Shown: one piece after another, positions 1 through 13,283 of the stretch
Position numbering within the stretch: the first letter of the stretch is position 1
Layout of the letters: every line of letters starts with the position of its first letter
Assembly: GCF_006345805.1 (NCBI RefSeq)
Contig: NC_043011.1
Location: 67,468,464 to 67,532,463 of the forward strand
DNA from: Octopus sinensis
Lineage: Eukaryota
Reading direction: 5' to 3'
Length of the DNA: 64,000 bases
Made by a program: the position numbers and the translations under genes
Notes under the pieces: generated by a model
Database searches by the model: none
Seen by the model: the letters and a program-made list of their open reading frames with translations, nothing else
What the model was told of the DNA's origin: nothing

Positions 1-51
1 CAATATATATATAATATATATATATATATATTATATATATATATATACATA

Positions 52-567
52 TATGAGGTCGGATCAATAAGTATCAGGACTGTTGCCATAGTAACGAAGT
101 TAAAGCACGCAGAGTAAAGCTGCTTGGCATAGAATGACTTTACACTCAACACTGTATCTTGCTTCCGCTGTTTGCAGTAGTGCTTGAAATGAAGCGTGTG
201 ATCGTCGCCTTGACCATGACAGAGAAAGTTGTTGTCATGGTGATACCTGCTCAGAGGCCTACGCAAAGTTGCAAAAAATGTATGGAGAGGAGTGTATGAG
301 ACACACTCAAGTGTACGAGTTGTTTAGACGTTTCCAAGATGGCCGAAAACATGTCTCTAGCGTCTAACATTCTAGGAGACCCGCAACCAGCAGAACTGAT
401 AAAAACATTGCAGATGTGCGAGCAGCTGTGAGTGGAAATCGTCGAATAACCATCCGTGAGTAATCAGAAGATGTGCAGATTAGTTACGGTTCAGTTCAGT
501 CCATTATCACTGAAGATTTGGATATGAAACACGTGTCTGCTAAGTTTGTGCCAAAAGTGCTGACCAA
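52..567 (+). mobile_element. Mariner (Tc1/mariner) transposon 5' remnant: TIR plus degenerate N-terminal transposase
   Basis: TA followed by TGAGGTCGGATCAATAAGTATC (mariner-like TIR). Frame from 239 reads GDTCSEAYAKLQKMYGEECMRHTQVYELFRRFQDGRK..SRRPATSRTDKNIADVRAAVSGNRRITIRE*SEDVQISYGSVQSIITEDLDMKHVSAKFVPKVLT (HTH and WVPHEL-like motif) with internal stops; no right TIR found. Confidence 0.85.
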
Positions 568-794
568 ATAGGCCAATCGGGTCTCAGTTGCACAAATTCT
601 AAGTGATTCTGTCGAGAACGATGAAAACTTTTGAAAACTTTGCGTAGGCCGCTGACAAGGTATCGCCAAGCTTTTGGCAAAATTTGATGCTCAGCTTTCT
701 CTCTCATTGCAAAAATCGCTCACTACAGCATACACGTGAACAGACAAACTTAAATTTCACGACTTGCGAAGTAAACACTGCAATGTCACCTGTA

Positions 795-1350
<556 letters not shown>

Positions 1351-1502
1351 AAAATTTTTGATTCAAATGAATATGGTACTTAAGTTAGATGCACCAGAAT
1401 TTTGTATGATGTTATCCATATAAATCCATTGGGTGATTATAATCAATATAAGTAAAAATATAAAGTTAGCTAGAGATGGAATAAATAGTAACAACAATAA
1501 TA

Positions 1503-1562
<60 letters not shown>

Positions 1563-1565
<3 letters not shown>

Positions 1566-1992
1566 ACAGATTTGCTTGTCAGTTGTTTGACCTTAACCAG
1601 TTGAGCATGTCCCTTCGTGGCTGACAATATGTGCATCTCTGATCACGAGCAGAAGTAGTGGGGGAGCATCATAGCCGTGTGTTGAGAGGGATTCTTGGGG
1701 TTTGAAAGTTCCACCTCTGGAAACATGGGTGGTTCTTTCAACATCCTTAAACAACCCTTATTCAGGGACCTTTTGAGCGGGATGGGCTACTCAATCTGAA
1801 GAAAATTCTAACTGGGCCCCACCTGCAAGGTCATGTGCTGTTTATCTTGATATGAGATCACCATGTCGCGCACATATGGTTGTGATGCATGTGCCTGGTG
1901 TACCTTTATCAGACGGGTAGTCATGATGGGTATATTGGGCTTCGTATATTTTACCCCAGTGTCACTTTGATGGCATGCACTGCTCTCTCACT
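1563..1992. repeat. Non-coding interspersed repeat flanked on both sides by (TAA)n
   Basis: 430-bp mixed-sequence block between (AAT)n tracts 1485-1562 and 1993-2015; resembles a repeat I recall as common in Octopus; no ORF. Confidence 0.5.
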
Positions 1993-2015
1993 CAATAATA
2001 ATAATAATAATAATA

Positions 2016-3186
2016 AAACCCAAAAATTAAAAAAAAATTAATGAAAAAATATAATATGAAAACTATACTTGATATTGATGCCACCATAGAAACCATCAAG
2101 CAAAAGGTATCTGCTACAGCTGCCCGCATAACGAGGTATGAAAAGCGTGTTAGATTTTTCAAGGACAACAACATGTTCAAAAACAACCCCAAACATTTTT
2201 ACAGGAAGATAGGAAAAACAGCGTTTACTGTAAGGTATGTACCATCAAAAGAAGAAGTGCAGGGATTTTGGAATAAAATTTGGGCAGAAGAAAAAAACAC
2301 AACGAAAAGGCCCTAAGGATTGATAGAATATCTACAGAACTGGACTCCTTAGAAGAGCAAAAGTGGGAGAGTGTCAAGGTAGAAGATATAAGATCTGCTC
2401 ACAGGAGGTCAAGCAAATGGAAGTCTCCAGGAAAGGATAAAATTCCTAACTTCTGGTTGAATGCCTTCCCAGAGAGCCATGAACTGCTAACAGAACTTTA
2501 CAATGATGTTTTGCAACACCCTAGTAGGATGCCTCCTTGGCTAGTTAATGGGTTAACATTCCTGCTTCCAAAATGTGAAGAAACAAATGAACCAAAAAAC
2601 TATAGACCCATAACCTGCTTAACAACTATGTATAAAACGCTAACATCTGTCCTGACGGAATATACTTATAGTTTTTTAACAGACAGCAACATATTCCCTA
2701 ATGAACAGAAAGGATGTAAACGCGGATCTTACGGTTGTAAAGATCAACTACTCATCAATAAGATGATCTTAGAAGATTGTCACAAACGACACAAAAACTT
2801 ATCAATAGCCTGGATAGACTATAAAAAGGCTTTTGACAGCCTACCACATAGCTGGATTAAGAAATGCCTGGAAATGTATAAGATAGCACCTACTCTGCGA
2901 AACTTTTTGACTGTATGAGATCATGGAGAACCACACTAACTTTGAACAGTGACAATGAATCTCTAAATGCTGGTGATGTAAAAATTTCATGTGGCATTTT
3001 CCAGGGTGACTCACTATCACCACTCCTCTTTTGTTTAGCCTTAATACTTCTCCCAAAACTGCTCAATGACGCGCAGTATGGATATAAAATGTTTGATAAA
3101 AATATAAATCATCTCATTTACATGGATGATTTAAAGCTCTTTGCAAAAAATGACCAACAACTCAAGGGCTTACTAGCGATTGTCAA
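2016..3186 (+). mobile_element. R4/Dong-clade non-LTR retrotransposon, internal RT fragment with frameshifts
   Basis: Consecutive ORFs 2041-2316, 2280-2918 and 2915-3211 join into KQKVSATAARITRYEKR..NPKHFYRKI..WKSPGKDKIPNFWL..NYRPITCL..EQKGCKRGSYGCKDQLLINK..AWIDYKKAFDSLPHSWI..GIFQGDSLSPLLFCLAL..LIYMDDLKLFAK; truncated just after YMDD; begins at a (TAA)n tract. Confidence 0.85.
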
Positions 3187-3345
3187 TAGTAAGGAAAGCA
3201 CGGCCTTATAAAATAGTAGAGATGGTTGTGAACTTTGTTCTATGGAAACATATGAAATTTGAAAACAGGAATAATACAAATCTGTTAAATAACCTTTCTG
3301 AACTTGGAGTACCTTACATACATCGCACAACACGTACGTTTAAGT
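3187..3345 (+). mobile_element. Penelope-like (Naiad-type) GIY-YIG endonuclease C-terminal fragment
   Basis: With frameshifts reads IVRKARPYKI..DGCELCSMETYEI..NLLNNLSELGVPYIHR, parallel to IVCKAKSYRIGNNFCLLCTNEFMQI..LINYQDE of the element at 24927-25349. Confidence 0.6.
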
Positions 3346-4595
3346 ATTTTAAATAATAATATTGTGACCATTCCTAAATTTTTTAAATTCTAATTCTTTA
3401 TAACTAAATAAGAATGAATATACCATACTAGCTTTTAGTTCAACACGCATAGTTTACTAGATAACTTCTTTGCATATTTAGAATTAAATTCTTTTTTTTT
3501 TATAATCTCCTATATTAAATAATATAAATTCTATGTCCCTAAGGAAACTACTCAGTTCATCTTGATTACCTCATTTCCATTTCATAATATATCATTAACC
3601 CAGGATATTTTTACCTGACTAATTAGCTTTTCTCCGCGGGTAGTAAATGTTATGTCTAACAGATTCTTTAATTTAATTCATTAATAACAATTCACTATCT
3701 ACTAAATCTGAGAAATTTACTCTTCTTGATTACTTCTCTTCATAAAAATAAATCAGCATCTACTAAACCTAAGAAAATTATTCATCTTGATTACTCCTCT
3801 TCCATTTTTTCTAACATATATATATTTGACCCCTAATATATTCACTTTATTAATAAGACTTTTGTCCACAGTTATTGAGTATTATGCCTACTCATAATAA
3901 ATGATAAATTGTTCTCTGAAATTAATAAATATTAGATTTATAATTTCTCCTTTAATCCAACGTATCAAAATAATCAACACCTACTAGCTAAGTATAAATC
4001 TGATCTATATAAGTATAAAGGAATCTCTGTATTCTCTATAACTTTTTGGTATATAGGTGGTCATTTTAACCATCTAGCATTGACCTAGTTTTCTTGATAA
4101 AAAATATGTTGGCCAAATAGCCTTAAACAGCTTCTAGGGCATTATAACCCCCTCTCTACTTTAATTTCTTTAGGAATAACTTTTGACATTTATTTTACTC
4201 CTATTACTATAAATAGAAAATCTCTGTTGTCTCCATTCAATTGAATATACCTCCCCACCTAGCAGTTCAAAATAACTTAAAGAATATTCTTCAGTCAGAA
4301 GATAAATTCTACTACCTTAATGTTCTTAAAATTCAAATCGACATCTTTGTCTATATATCTACCTTCTCTATAATGTTATCAATTAATATTGAAAATATGT
4401 ATTCATGGAAAACCTCTATAAATGGCTGATGATTGCTCAACATTTTAAAACTGCTGTAATACCTACAATGTTCAATAAAATCATGTAGCGTGGAACGATC
4501 GTACCAAATTACCGAAGATATTCTTATTGCTTATTTTGATTATATATATATATATACATATATGCGTACGTACACACACACTTGTATATATTTCT

Positions 4596-4650
4596 TTTGC
4601 TTCGTTCAGTCATTTGACTGTGGCCATGGAAGAGCACCGCCTTTAGTCAA
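4596..4650 (-). mobile_element. SINE 3' tail fragment
   Basis: Reverse complement of GGCGGTGCTC..CATGGCCACAGTCAAATGACTGAA, the tail of the SINE at 22034-22450. Confidence 0.75.
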
Positions 4651-4813
4651 ACAAAATCTTCTAGCATATTAGGAATCTACCTTGGTGGCTATTCCTCTTA
4701 TTTTTATATGTGATATAATTCATAGTCCTCGGACATTTTTAAGTATGCTATCCACTGGTTTAAATTGGTATTTATCAATAATATTAATTCCCACCCTCAT
4801 CATTTAATTTATA

Positions 4814-4910
<97 letters not shown>

Positions 4911-5540
4911 CATACATTTCATACATGTATACATATAATCAAATTAGCTAGCTAGAAAACTTCGATGAAAGTAGTAACTTTGTAAACTTATCCGCTTGGG
5001 AATACTGGCTTATATATTCCTTCTGTGTTTAGACATGTGCAGGCTTTGATGAGGAGTATTATTGATCTTGGAACTTGCCTCTTTCAAATTAATACTTTAA
5101 TCTAATCGTTCAATAAATTGAGCTCTACGCTCTTGTTTCTTGAAAAGAGTTCACCTCTATAATATTTCATTAGCTATATATGCATATGTGTGTGTATGTA
5201 TGCATATATATGCACATGAACTGAGACAATGATAGTTTAGTCATGTCTCCCTTCAAGGACAAATTCATGGTATGTAACTAGAAGACCTGAGAAATTAAAG
5301 TGCTTTGTTCAATAGTTCAAGATATGTTATGTGTTGCCCCTTCTTTCTCGTTAGTGGTGTAATTAATTGCATTATTAATTCATCCGTAAGTAAAACAATG
5401 GACTGATGGCGTAGTGGACTGGAGTGATGGGGGTGACTAATTAATTTGCTGGTGACCATAGTAACGGAAATAATTAACGAGTCTTCACTGGAACTGGACT
5501 CCAATAGTTATTATTGTCATTTTATTTTTCCATTATGAAT

Positions 5541-5553
5541 ATCATCACCATCA

Positions 5554-5641
<88 letters not shown>

Positions 5642-5684
5642 TGTTATTTGTATTATTATTAAATATTTTAGTATTAATAGTATT

Positions 5685-5743
<59 letters not shown>

Positions 5744-5770
5744 CGGCAGCAGCAGCAGCAGCAGCAATGC
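5541..5770. repeat. Compound trinucleotide microsatellite (ATT)n-(AGC)n-(AGT)n-(AGC)n
   Basis: Direct reading; source of the poly-I, poly-S and poly-L ORFs. Confidence 0.95.
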
Positions 5771-6100
5771 CAATGATGTTCTCAGTGATGCTGTGTTGGT
5801 GATGCCGACGGTGGTTTTTGTCTTGTTATTGTAGTTATACATTTTACTCGTTTTATATTCATCGTAATTTATTAAAGATCAGAAACTGAATTTTAATTAA
5901 AAAAAAGTTCTTAGATTACTCATTAATTCGTAATAAGTCCTTATACAGCTGCATATACCATTTACTGTTATATTGCTTGCGCCCACAAATACTCACCCAA
6001 CCGAACGCACAAGCACGGATGCACATAGGCAGATATTCACACACACATACACATACATACACACGCACACATACACAGGTACACACACACACACATGTAC

Positions 6101-6151
<51 letters not shown>

Positions 6152-6176
6152 TTATTATATATATATATTATATATA

Positions 6177-6254
<78 letters not shown>

Positions 6255-6658
6255 GTAATACTTTAGTCGATTGATTATGGATCGATTAAGTGCAGAATTA
6301 ACACATCATCGTATTATGTAACTCTAACTCATCCGAAACGTGCATTAGCGAAATGTGGTTTACAAATTATAAAGCATGAATAAATAGTTCTTCATTTATT
6401 GGGGGGGAGTGTGATGCAACACTCTGAAATCTTCAAAAGCAAACTTTGGATTTACTAATCGAACAGGCGCACAACAATAATTCCTGTTATATAAGGCTCA
6501 CAGCGGTTACCACTTGTTGATCTCGTTAACCAAGCACCCTCACGACAGAGTGCTCAAAAATGTATTCGTCTGGATTTTACTATCGATTAGCTTATGTAGG
6601 CATATGCATATATGTATGTGTATATTTGTTTGTTTGTGTGTGTGTGTATGTAGACATA

Positions 6659-6760
6659 GGTGTGGCACCTTGGGCAAGTGTTTTCTGTTATAACCTGGGG
6701 CCGACCAAAGCCTTGTGAGTGGATTTGGTAGACGAAAACTGAAAGAAGCCCAGCCCATTG
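6659..6760 (+). mobile_element. SINE family A, internal fragment
   Basis: GTGGCACCTTGGGCAAGTG..GGCCGACCAAAGCCTTGTGAGTGGATTTGGTAGACG..AACTGAAAGAAGCC matches 22100-22190. Confidence 0.85.
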
Positions 6761-7104
6761 TGTATATATATATATATGTATATATATGTAATACATCCCA
6801 AATATTTTTGAACTAACCTGAAGCTTTTTTTATGTTTCGTCACTGCTTTCCGCAACTAGTTATGTATTTGAGTTGACCGGGCGGCCCACGGGCGCTCTAA
6901 CAATTCTTCCACTGCATCATCCTGGGTTTCTGATTTATTTTATCGACACCAGAAGGATGAAAACAAATTACACACTCGGCAGGGTTTGAAATCGGAACCT
7001 AAATAACTGGAACATACCACAAAGTGTTTTGTCTAGTATTCTCAGTTTCTTTAACCCATTAGTGAAACAAAAGTTACCTTCCCGAATCATACCGACTCAT
7101 AAGT

Positions 7105-7290
7105 GCCGGTTTCATGGCGTATATTTAATCCCCACCTGGACGGGACACCGGTCCGTCTCAGGATTACTCATTTTTGTCAGCTGAGTGGACTGGAGCAACA
7201 GAATGAAGTGTTTTACTCAAGAACAGACTGCATCCCCTGGTACAGGAATCGATTATGTGTCCTAACAATTAAGCCAGGCACCTCCACTCT
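7105..7290 (-). mobile_element. SINE family C, degenerate copy
   Basis: CTGGACGGGACACCGGTCCGTC..CAGCTGAGTGGACTGGAGCAAC..GAAGTGTTTTACTCAAGAAC matches 50590-50730. Confidence 0.8.
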
Positions 7291-8109
7291 CTAATCCACA
7301 GCCGTGGGCTGTTAGATTGCTTTATCAATCACTGAATAATGAAATGCGATGAGGGCGCGGTGAGATTGGAAAACAGAACACAGCGAGTCACAGTGGTAAG
7401 AAAGTCACAAGAGCGCTGAACATGAGAAGGTCTTCAGAGAATGAAAACCCACTCAGACAAGTGTTTCGGGACTTAATTTCTTACACTCTACGGGTGTCGG
7501 GTCGCATCCAGGTCCTGACACCTGAGTACCTTTCAGCTGACACTTTTTAACCCCTTGGATATCGGAGAATTGCGCATGTAAGCCGCTTAAAGATTTCATA
7601 AAGCCGTAACACATCTTCGCTGATTCAGCTTTCGAACTTATGCTTAAAAACAAAATAACGTTGGTTGTCATGGTAGCGGTGAAACGTCAACGCTATCACA
7701 ACGATTAACTCGGGGTTTTTTTGTCTTTTTTTGTCCGACGCTTTACTGATTCCAAGCCATGAAAAGTGAAATTCTATGTTCACAACTCATCCCATTAAAT
7801 TGCTCCAGTAACTAAAGGAAACAGAAAAGAAATGAGTGCCAAGGTACCAGTCAGGAGGCGCATCAATGTGGACACGCCATCTGCTAGAAATAGCAACCAA
7901 TCTGAACTCACGTGCACTCCGTTTTAAATAGAGAAGGATTTCCTGATATGTAAAAAGTATACGAAATGGTCACGGCTGGATCGCTTTTCATAGTTTTGTT
8001 TGATCAGAGTTGTTAACAATAACAGAAGCAACAACAAGAACAACAACGGCAGCCGCGGCAGCAACGACAAGAAAATGCTTTGAATAAAACAGTTTTCTAG
8101 GAGGGGGGG

Positions 8110-8760
8110 AGTTCTCTCTTCTTGTCTCTGTTTCTTCATCTTTCTCTCTTTCTATCACTGTCTCTCCCTCTCCTTCTCTCTCTTACTTTTCTTTCTTCCT
8201 CCCTGTCTCTCACTAACACATTCTTCCCTCTCTCTCCACCTACTCCCTCCTCCATCTGTGTTCCTCCCTCTCTCTTCTACCTCTCTCTCCTTCTACCTCT
8301 CTCTCCTTCTACCTCTCTCTCCTTCTACCTCTCTCTCCTTCTACCTCTCTCTCCTTCTACCTCTCCCTCTATACTCTAACCTCTCTCTCCTCTCCCCTCT
8401 TTCTCTCTCTCCTCTCTCTTACTTTTTCTTTCTCTCTCTCTCTCTCTCACTAAACATTTTCCCTCTCCCTCCCTATCTTTGTTTCACCTACTCTCTTCTC
8501 CATCTATGTTGCTCCCTCTCTCTTTCTCTCTATTCTAACTTCCCTCTCTTCTCTTTCTCTCTCTCTTTCTCTCTTACTTTTTCTTTCTTTCTCTCTTTCT
8601 CATTAACACATTCATCCCTCTCCCTCCCCATCTCTATTCCTCCCATTGTCTCTTCCATCTATGTTCCTCCCACTCTCTTATACCTCTCTCCCTCTCCCTC
8701 TCTGTTCCAATATATCTCTTCTCCTTCTCCTTCTCTCTCTCTCTCTCTCTCCCTCTCTCC
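8110..8760. repeat. Polypyrimidine (CT-rich) tract with internal tandem duplications
   Basis: Almost only C/T on the + strand; ~16-bp unit TTCTACCTCTCTCTCC repeated at 8275-8370; block CTCTTACTTTTTCTTTC..CAC/TAACACATT recurs at ~8180, ~8415 and ~8571. Confidence 0.9.
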
Positions 8761-9968
8761 AATAGGCTCCTTCAACAATCATAGTTGTACCAATTTAACA
8801 ATCAATAATCACAATTCTTGTTTCACAATTCTTTGACGACATTTTCGGTTTTATATGTTTACACCTCGTCCCCAGCACCACCACCACCACCATCTCACCA
8901 CCACCACCACCATCTCACCACCACCACCACCCAACCATTTTGCTTCCATCCCACCGACCTTTGCAGACACTTTAATAGTCTACAAAGTTATGTAGATCCC
9001 TCGACAGGTCCACCTTTACATTATCGATCTTTGTTATACAACTTCAGGAAGAACTGTGTTGTCATCAAGAATGGAATAGTAAAATCGATTACCTGGTGTG
9101 CGTGTATGTGTGTGTGTGTGTGTTTATGTGTGCGTGTATGTGTGCGTGCATTTGTGTGTGCGTGTATGTGTGTGTGTGCGCGTGTGGTGATAGACAGATA
9201 GATTGATATAATATTTTATATGAATATATATAAGAATTTAATATATATATATATACAAGTATACATATATACATATATATATATATACATGTATACATAC
9301 ATATATATATATATAAATATATATTATATATATATATATATATATTATATGCGTGTGTGTGTGTGGTATGCATACATATTTATATACAGCGTATATATAC
9401 CCCCCCACCCCCACACACAATTTTTGCTTTGCCAAGCATTAGCAAAGGTGATATTCGTGCTAACACGACACAATATATTCTTAAAGCATTCGTCGTTATT
9501 GTATTTTTATTGGTCCGAATTTATTCTAAATCTTAGAACGAATGCCATGCTACCAATTCTGATACACTCTCGTATGAATAACCATCACCATTTTCTTTAT
9601 GGCCTCGTTCTTTTGGCGGGTGGAGGGGGGCTGATTATTTCTATTGTTTCATCGCATTTTACGAGACAACTAGGGAATCTATTTGTGCACTGCTTTCCCA
9701 AGAATCTAAAAGCAACAGCCAAATTTTCTTTAAACCACACATTGCTAAATTCATAAAAAAAAAAATCGAAGAATACGCTGTGAATAATATAGTCGAGGCC
9801 AAAGCCTTCGAATAGACTGGAAGAGAAAAGAAGGAAAGACCAAAAGACCGGAGGGAAAGGATCGACAAAATCAACCTTGTTTTTCACTAAAATTGCCATG
9901 CAATCAATATCATGGAGTCTTCTATACAAGAATTGGTCGACAGAAACATCAACGCCATTACCATAGAG

Positions 9969-10515
9969 CAGGGGTCGGCGAACCGGGGTAAATTACCCCA
10001 AGTGGAGTAAAAATGAAATTCTTGGCTGTAATGAGGACTCATTAGACATAAGTAAAATTATAGAAAAATGTGTTCCTTGTTACGACAGAAAATTTTCTTC
10101 TGGGATGAGGAGGCAGTCAAAAAGTTGCTACCTTTTGCAACAGCCTACCTTTGCAAACAAGGAGCTTCCACTCTATTTTAACATAAAAAGAAAGCAGAAA
10201 AAAACCCGAAGACTGTATCCTAATTGCTCTGGTATCAAAATACCCCAATTTTTATGTAATTGTAACAATAGTGAAGCATCATTTAATCCAAAGCCTGAAA
10301 TGAAAAAGTTTCGAGAAAAATCCTTTTGTTTTCATAATGAGGATATTAATTTATTTTATCACATTTGTTTTATACCTTTTAGATTTATAATCGTATTCTC
10401 CACATAAGTAGATTCAATAAAACTTTTGAATTCAAAGAATCTTTGATTTTCTTCCTTTCAAATCAAGTGGGTAATGTCGGTATAAATAAATATATTTTGG
10501 GGTACTTGACCCCTG
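9969..10515. mobile_element. Putative hAT-type non-autonomous DNA transposon (MITE)
   Basis: Ends CAGGGGTC (9969) and GACCCCTG (10508-10515) are inverted repeats typical of hAT/Charlie termini; the 8-bp flanks do not match, so no TSD is seen. Confidence 0.4.
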
Positions 10516-10755
10516 TCACAAAGAAAGCGTTCAGCAAAGAAGAATCTAAATTCTCGGATACGAGATACAGCAGGCGACGACAATGACAAGTCTTTAATAT
10601 ACTATAGACGTAAGAAAAAGGAGAGGTACTTAAAAATTACAACATTGACTACAGCGGGTATATACGAGGGTGGGTAACTTGACTGCTGCATATAGGTAGT
10701 ATCAGGGATTCAGTGGGCAGTTATCAGTGGTCTGCCGTGGGACCAAGTCCTAATC

Positions 10756-10805
<50 letters not shown>

Positions 10806-11017
10806 GAGCAAATAATTCAAGAGAATATATTTACGAAGATATCATTGACTATTATTATCTGTAATTCTCCTGAAGTATTTGCTCCGTATTGAAATTATTT
10901 TCACGCTGTTGGCTGCCATGATTCGGCGCAAAACGAATCAGTTACAGCGCAGACTTCAATGCGAATGGTTGTGGTTCTCCATCATGGTAACGTATGCTGA
11001 TGAAGGTGAGGCTATTA

Positions 11018-11118
11018 TACTAGGCTTACAAAGAATAAGTCCTGGGGTCGATTTACTCGACTAAAGGTGGTGCTCCAGCATGGCCGCAGTCAAATGACTG
11101 AAACAAGTAAAAGAGTAA
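11018..11118 (+). mobile_element. SINE family A, 3' fragment
   Basis: CTTACAAAGAATAAGTCCTGGGGTCGATTTACTCGACTAAAGGTGGTGCTCCAGCATGGCCGCAGTCAAATGACTGAAACAAG, nearly identical to 22343-22425. Confidence 0.9.
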
Positions 11119-11222
11119 GCCCCCTCTAAAATATTTTGCCCGGTGCCTAAAATGTTGTTCAAATAGTGTTTAGTGTCCTAGATGGGGGTGCAAAAGCTAT
11201 TAGGGTATGGCGGTCTACTATC

Positions 11223-11223
11223 T

Positions 11224-11258
<35 letters not shown>

Positions 11259-11326
11259 TAGTAGTAGTAGTAGTAGTAGTAGTAGTTGTAGTAGTAGTAG
11301 TAGTAGTTGTAGTAGTAGTTGTAGTT

Positions 11327-11361
<35 letters not shown>

Positions 11362-11362
11362 T
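11223..11362. repeat. (AGT)n microsatellite
   Basis: Direct reading. Confidence 0.95.
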
Positions 11363-12589
11363 ATCATTATCCATACTATATTGATTCAGCGTATAATTGA
11401 TTCCAGATGATTGTTGTTGTTCTGGTGGTAGTCGTGGTTGTGGTGGTGGTAGTCGTGGTGGTGGTCGTCGTCGTAGTGGTTATGGTGATACGGTATTGTA
11501 GTTTTTGTTGTTGTTGTTGCTTTTATTGTCTATTCGTGTGCGTTGTATGTACTGTAATCCATTCAAGTCTTCGGCATCGTTAAAGGTCTTCAATCTCCGC
11601 CGTTGAGAACAGGAACGGTAAATAATCTTGTGGAAATCGAGACACATCAAGATACAAAACAACTTTACTCTGCTTATCACAAAAGGAAAACACGATGACA
11701 GCAACAACAACAACCACCACTACTACTACTACTACTAACAGAGCCGGTACAATAACGACGGTAAAAACACGCAACTATCACAAAAAGAAATTGATTGCAG
11801 TAATGTAGAATCTCAGAAAATAGAGACGCTTCGAGGTTTTCAAAAACTTTGTACAGTTTATCACTGAAGATGCATCAGCAACAACAACAAAAGCAAAAAT
11901 TGAAGCAATACAGATTGGTTTTTAAGAGGAGAAATAAGCAGAGATCTCAAACGAAAATAATTAAGCGAAGCCTGTTTTTTATTTTTAAAACAGAGTTAGA
12001 ATCAATAAAGATTTTTATGGATATTTTTGTTTTTAAAATTCCATGAAAATATTTCCTCCTGCTCACGCTGGAGATAAAACAGTTGCTAACAGTGTCGACA
12101 ACGCTGTCGTTAGCACTGCAGATTACCTTCATTCAAACGTTAATACATTTGCAAACGCTCCGCTGATAATGCTGCAGATAGCACTGCTCATAACATTGAT
12201 CTTACCGCAAGTGACTTCATTGTATACGACACTCGTAAGCACTGCAAATACTACGCGATAAGAATCGCATTAGCACTATCAATGATATTGTTGTTAGTAA
12301 TGTTATTGGGTTGTCCTGAAAGTTCGTGCCGATTTTTAAAGGAAAAAAAAAGGTCAATAAATACTTGCCATTACATTTTTAATCAACCAAATATAAATCA
12401 TTTTGTTACACAATGCGTCTCCATCTTTCCTTTAACTTGAAAATACCCTCTTCCCAGAATTGATGTGGTTTCACGGCAAAGAATATCTGATGAGAGAGGT
12501 CACTCCCACGTACACACAAAATTCTAAGTTATATGGAGCTGCGTCGAGCTATTATTGAATATACATACTTACATACATATATATGTCCG

Positions 12590-12715
12590 AAATTGGCCTG
12601 CTCGCTTAGCCAGCGGGGTGGCGTCATTCGAAGGCTAAAACAATGCGAACGCATTGTGACCAGCGATGTGTAAGAACATCTGAAGGTCTGGTCGGTCACG
12701 TGATCACGTGATATG
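12590..12715 (+). repeat. Dispersed repeat fragment; second copy inverted at 20370-20490
   Basis: GGCCTGCTCGCTTAGCCAGCGGGGTGGCGTCATTCGAAGGCTAAAACAA..ACATCTGA..CACGTGAT is the reverse complement of 20370-20490 with mismatches. Confidence 0.75.
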
Positions 12716-13283
12716 TCCGAAATACATGCATATATACACACACACACACATACATATGTATATTTCGCAACCATGTTTGCAGCTTTAGTGATACTACATA
12801 GAACCTTGGAATAGGGTCTTCCCCCATAGCCTCGGGGCGACTGCTCAAAAGATGAAGAGTCTATACAGTTACTAGCAGTGCTAGAAAATACTACACAAAT
12901 CCCAACATGTCCTCATGAAAGAGGAAGGCAAAATTGCAGATGATTTTGCATAACACTGTTGTAAGAAACTGGTACGCGGAAAATTAAAGAAAATTGTCAG
13001 ATATGCGTGTGTTTGTGCGCGCGCGCTATCCAGTAACTAAACAGTTTATCAAAATAACCGATATAATAACTAACAACTTTAAAAAATATAAGTGCAGGGG
13101 CAGATTCCCTCGATTAAATTTCTTCAAGGTGGTGCCTTGGTGTGGCTGCAGTCAACTGACTAAAACAGTTAGAAGATTATAGATAAGTATATTCATCATG
13201 TTGAACCCTGAAACCCTAAATATTTTTTTACTCTCTCTGTTTCCCTTTTTTTCGTTCTCTCTCCATTTTTATTTCCTCTCAAA

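Noticed and set aside
3350-4480. AT-rich segment as a PLE RT remnant
   Set aside because: Short motif-like peptides appear on both strands (LANIFF; SINIENMY), but no consistent frame or strand could be supported
7040-7560. TTAACCC sites as piggyBac termini
   Set aside because: Both are in the same orientation, with no inverted partner and no transposase trace
12481-12512. CTGATGA-GAGAG(gtca)CTCCC as a hammerhead
   Set aside because: The GAAA strand is missing; at most a dead remnant
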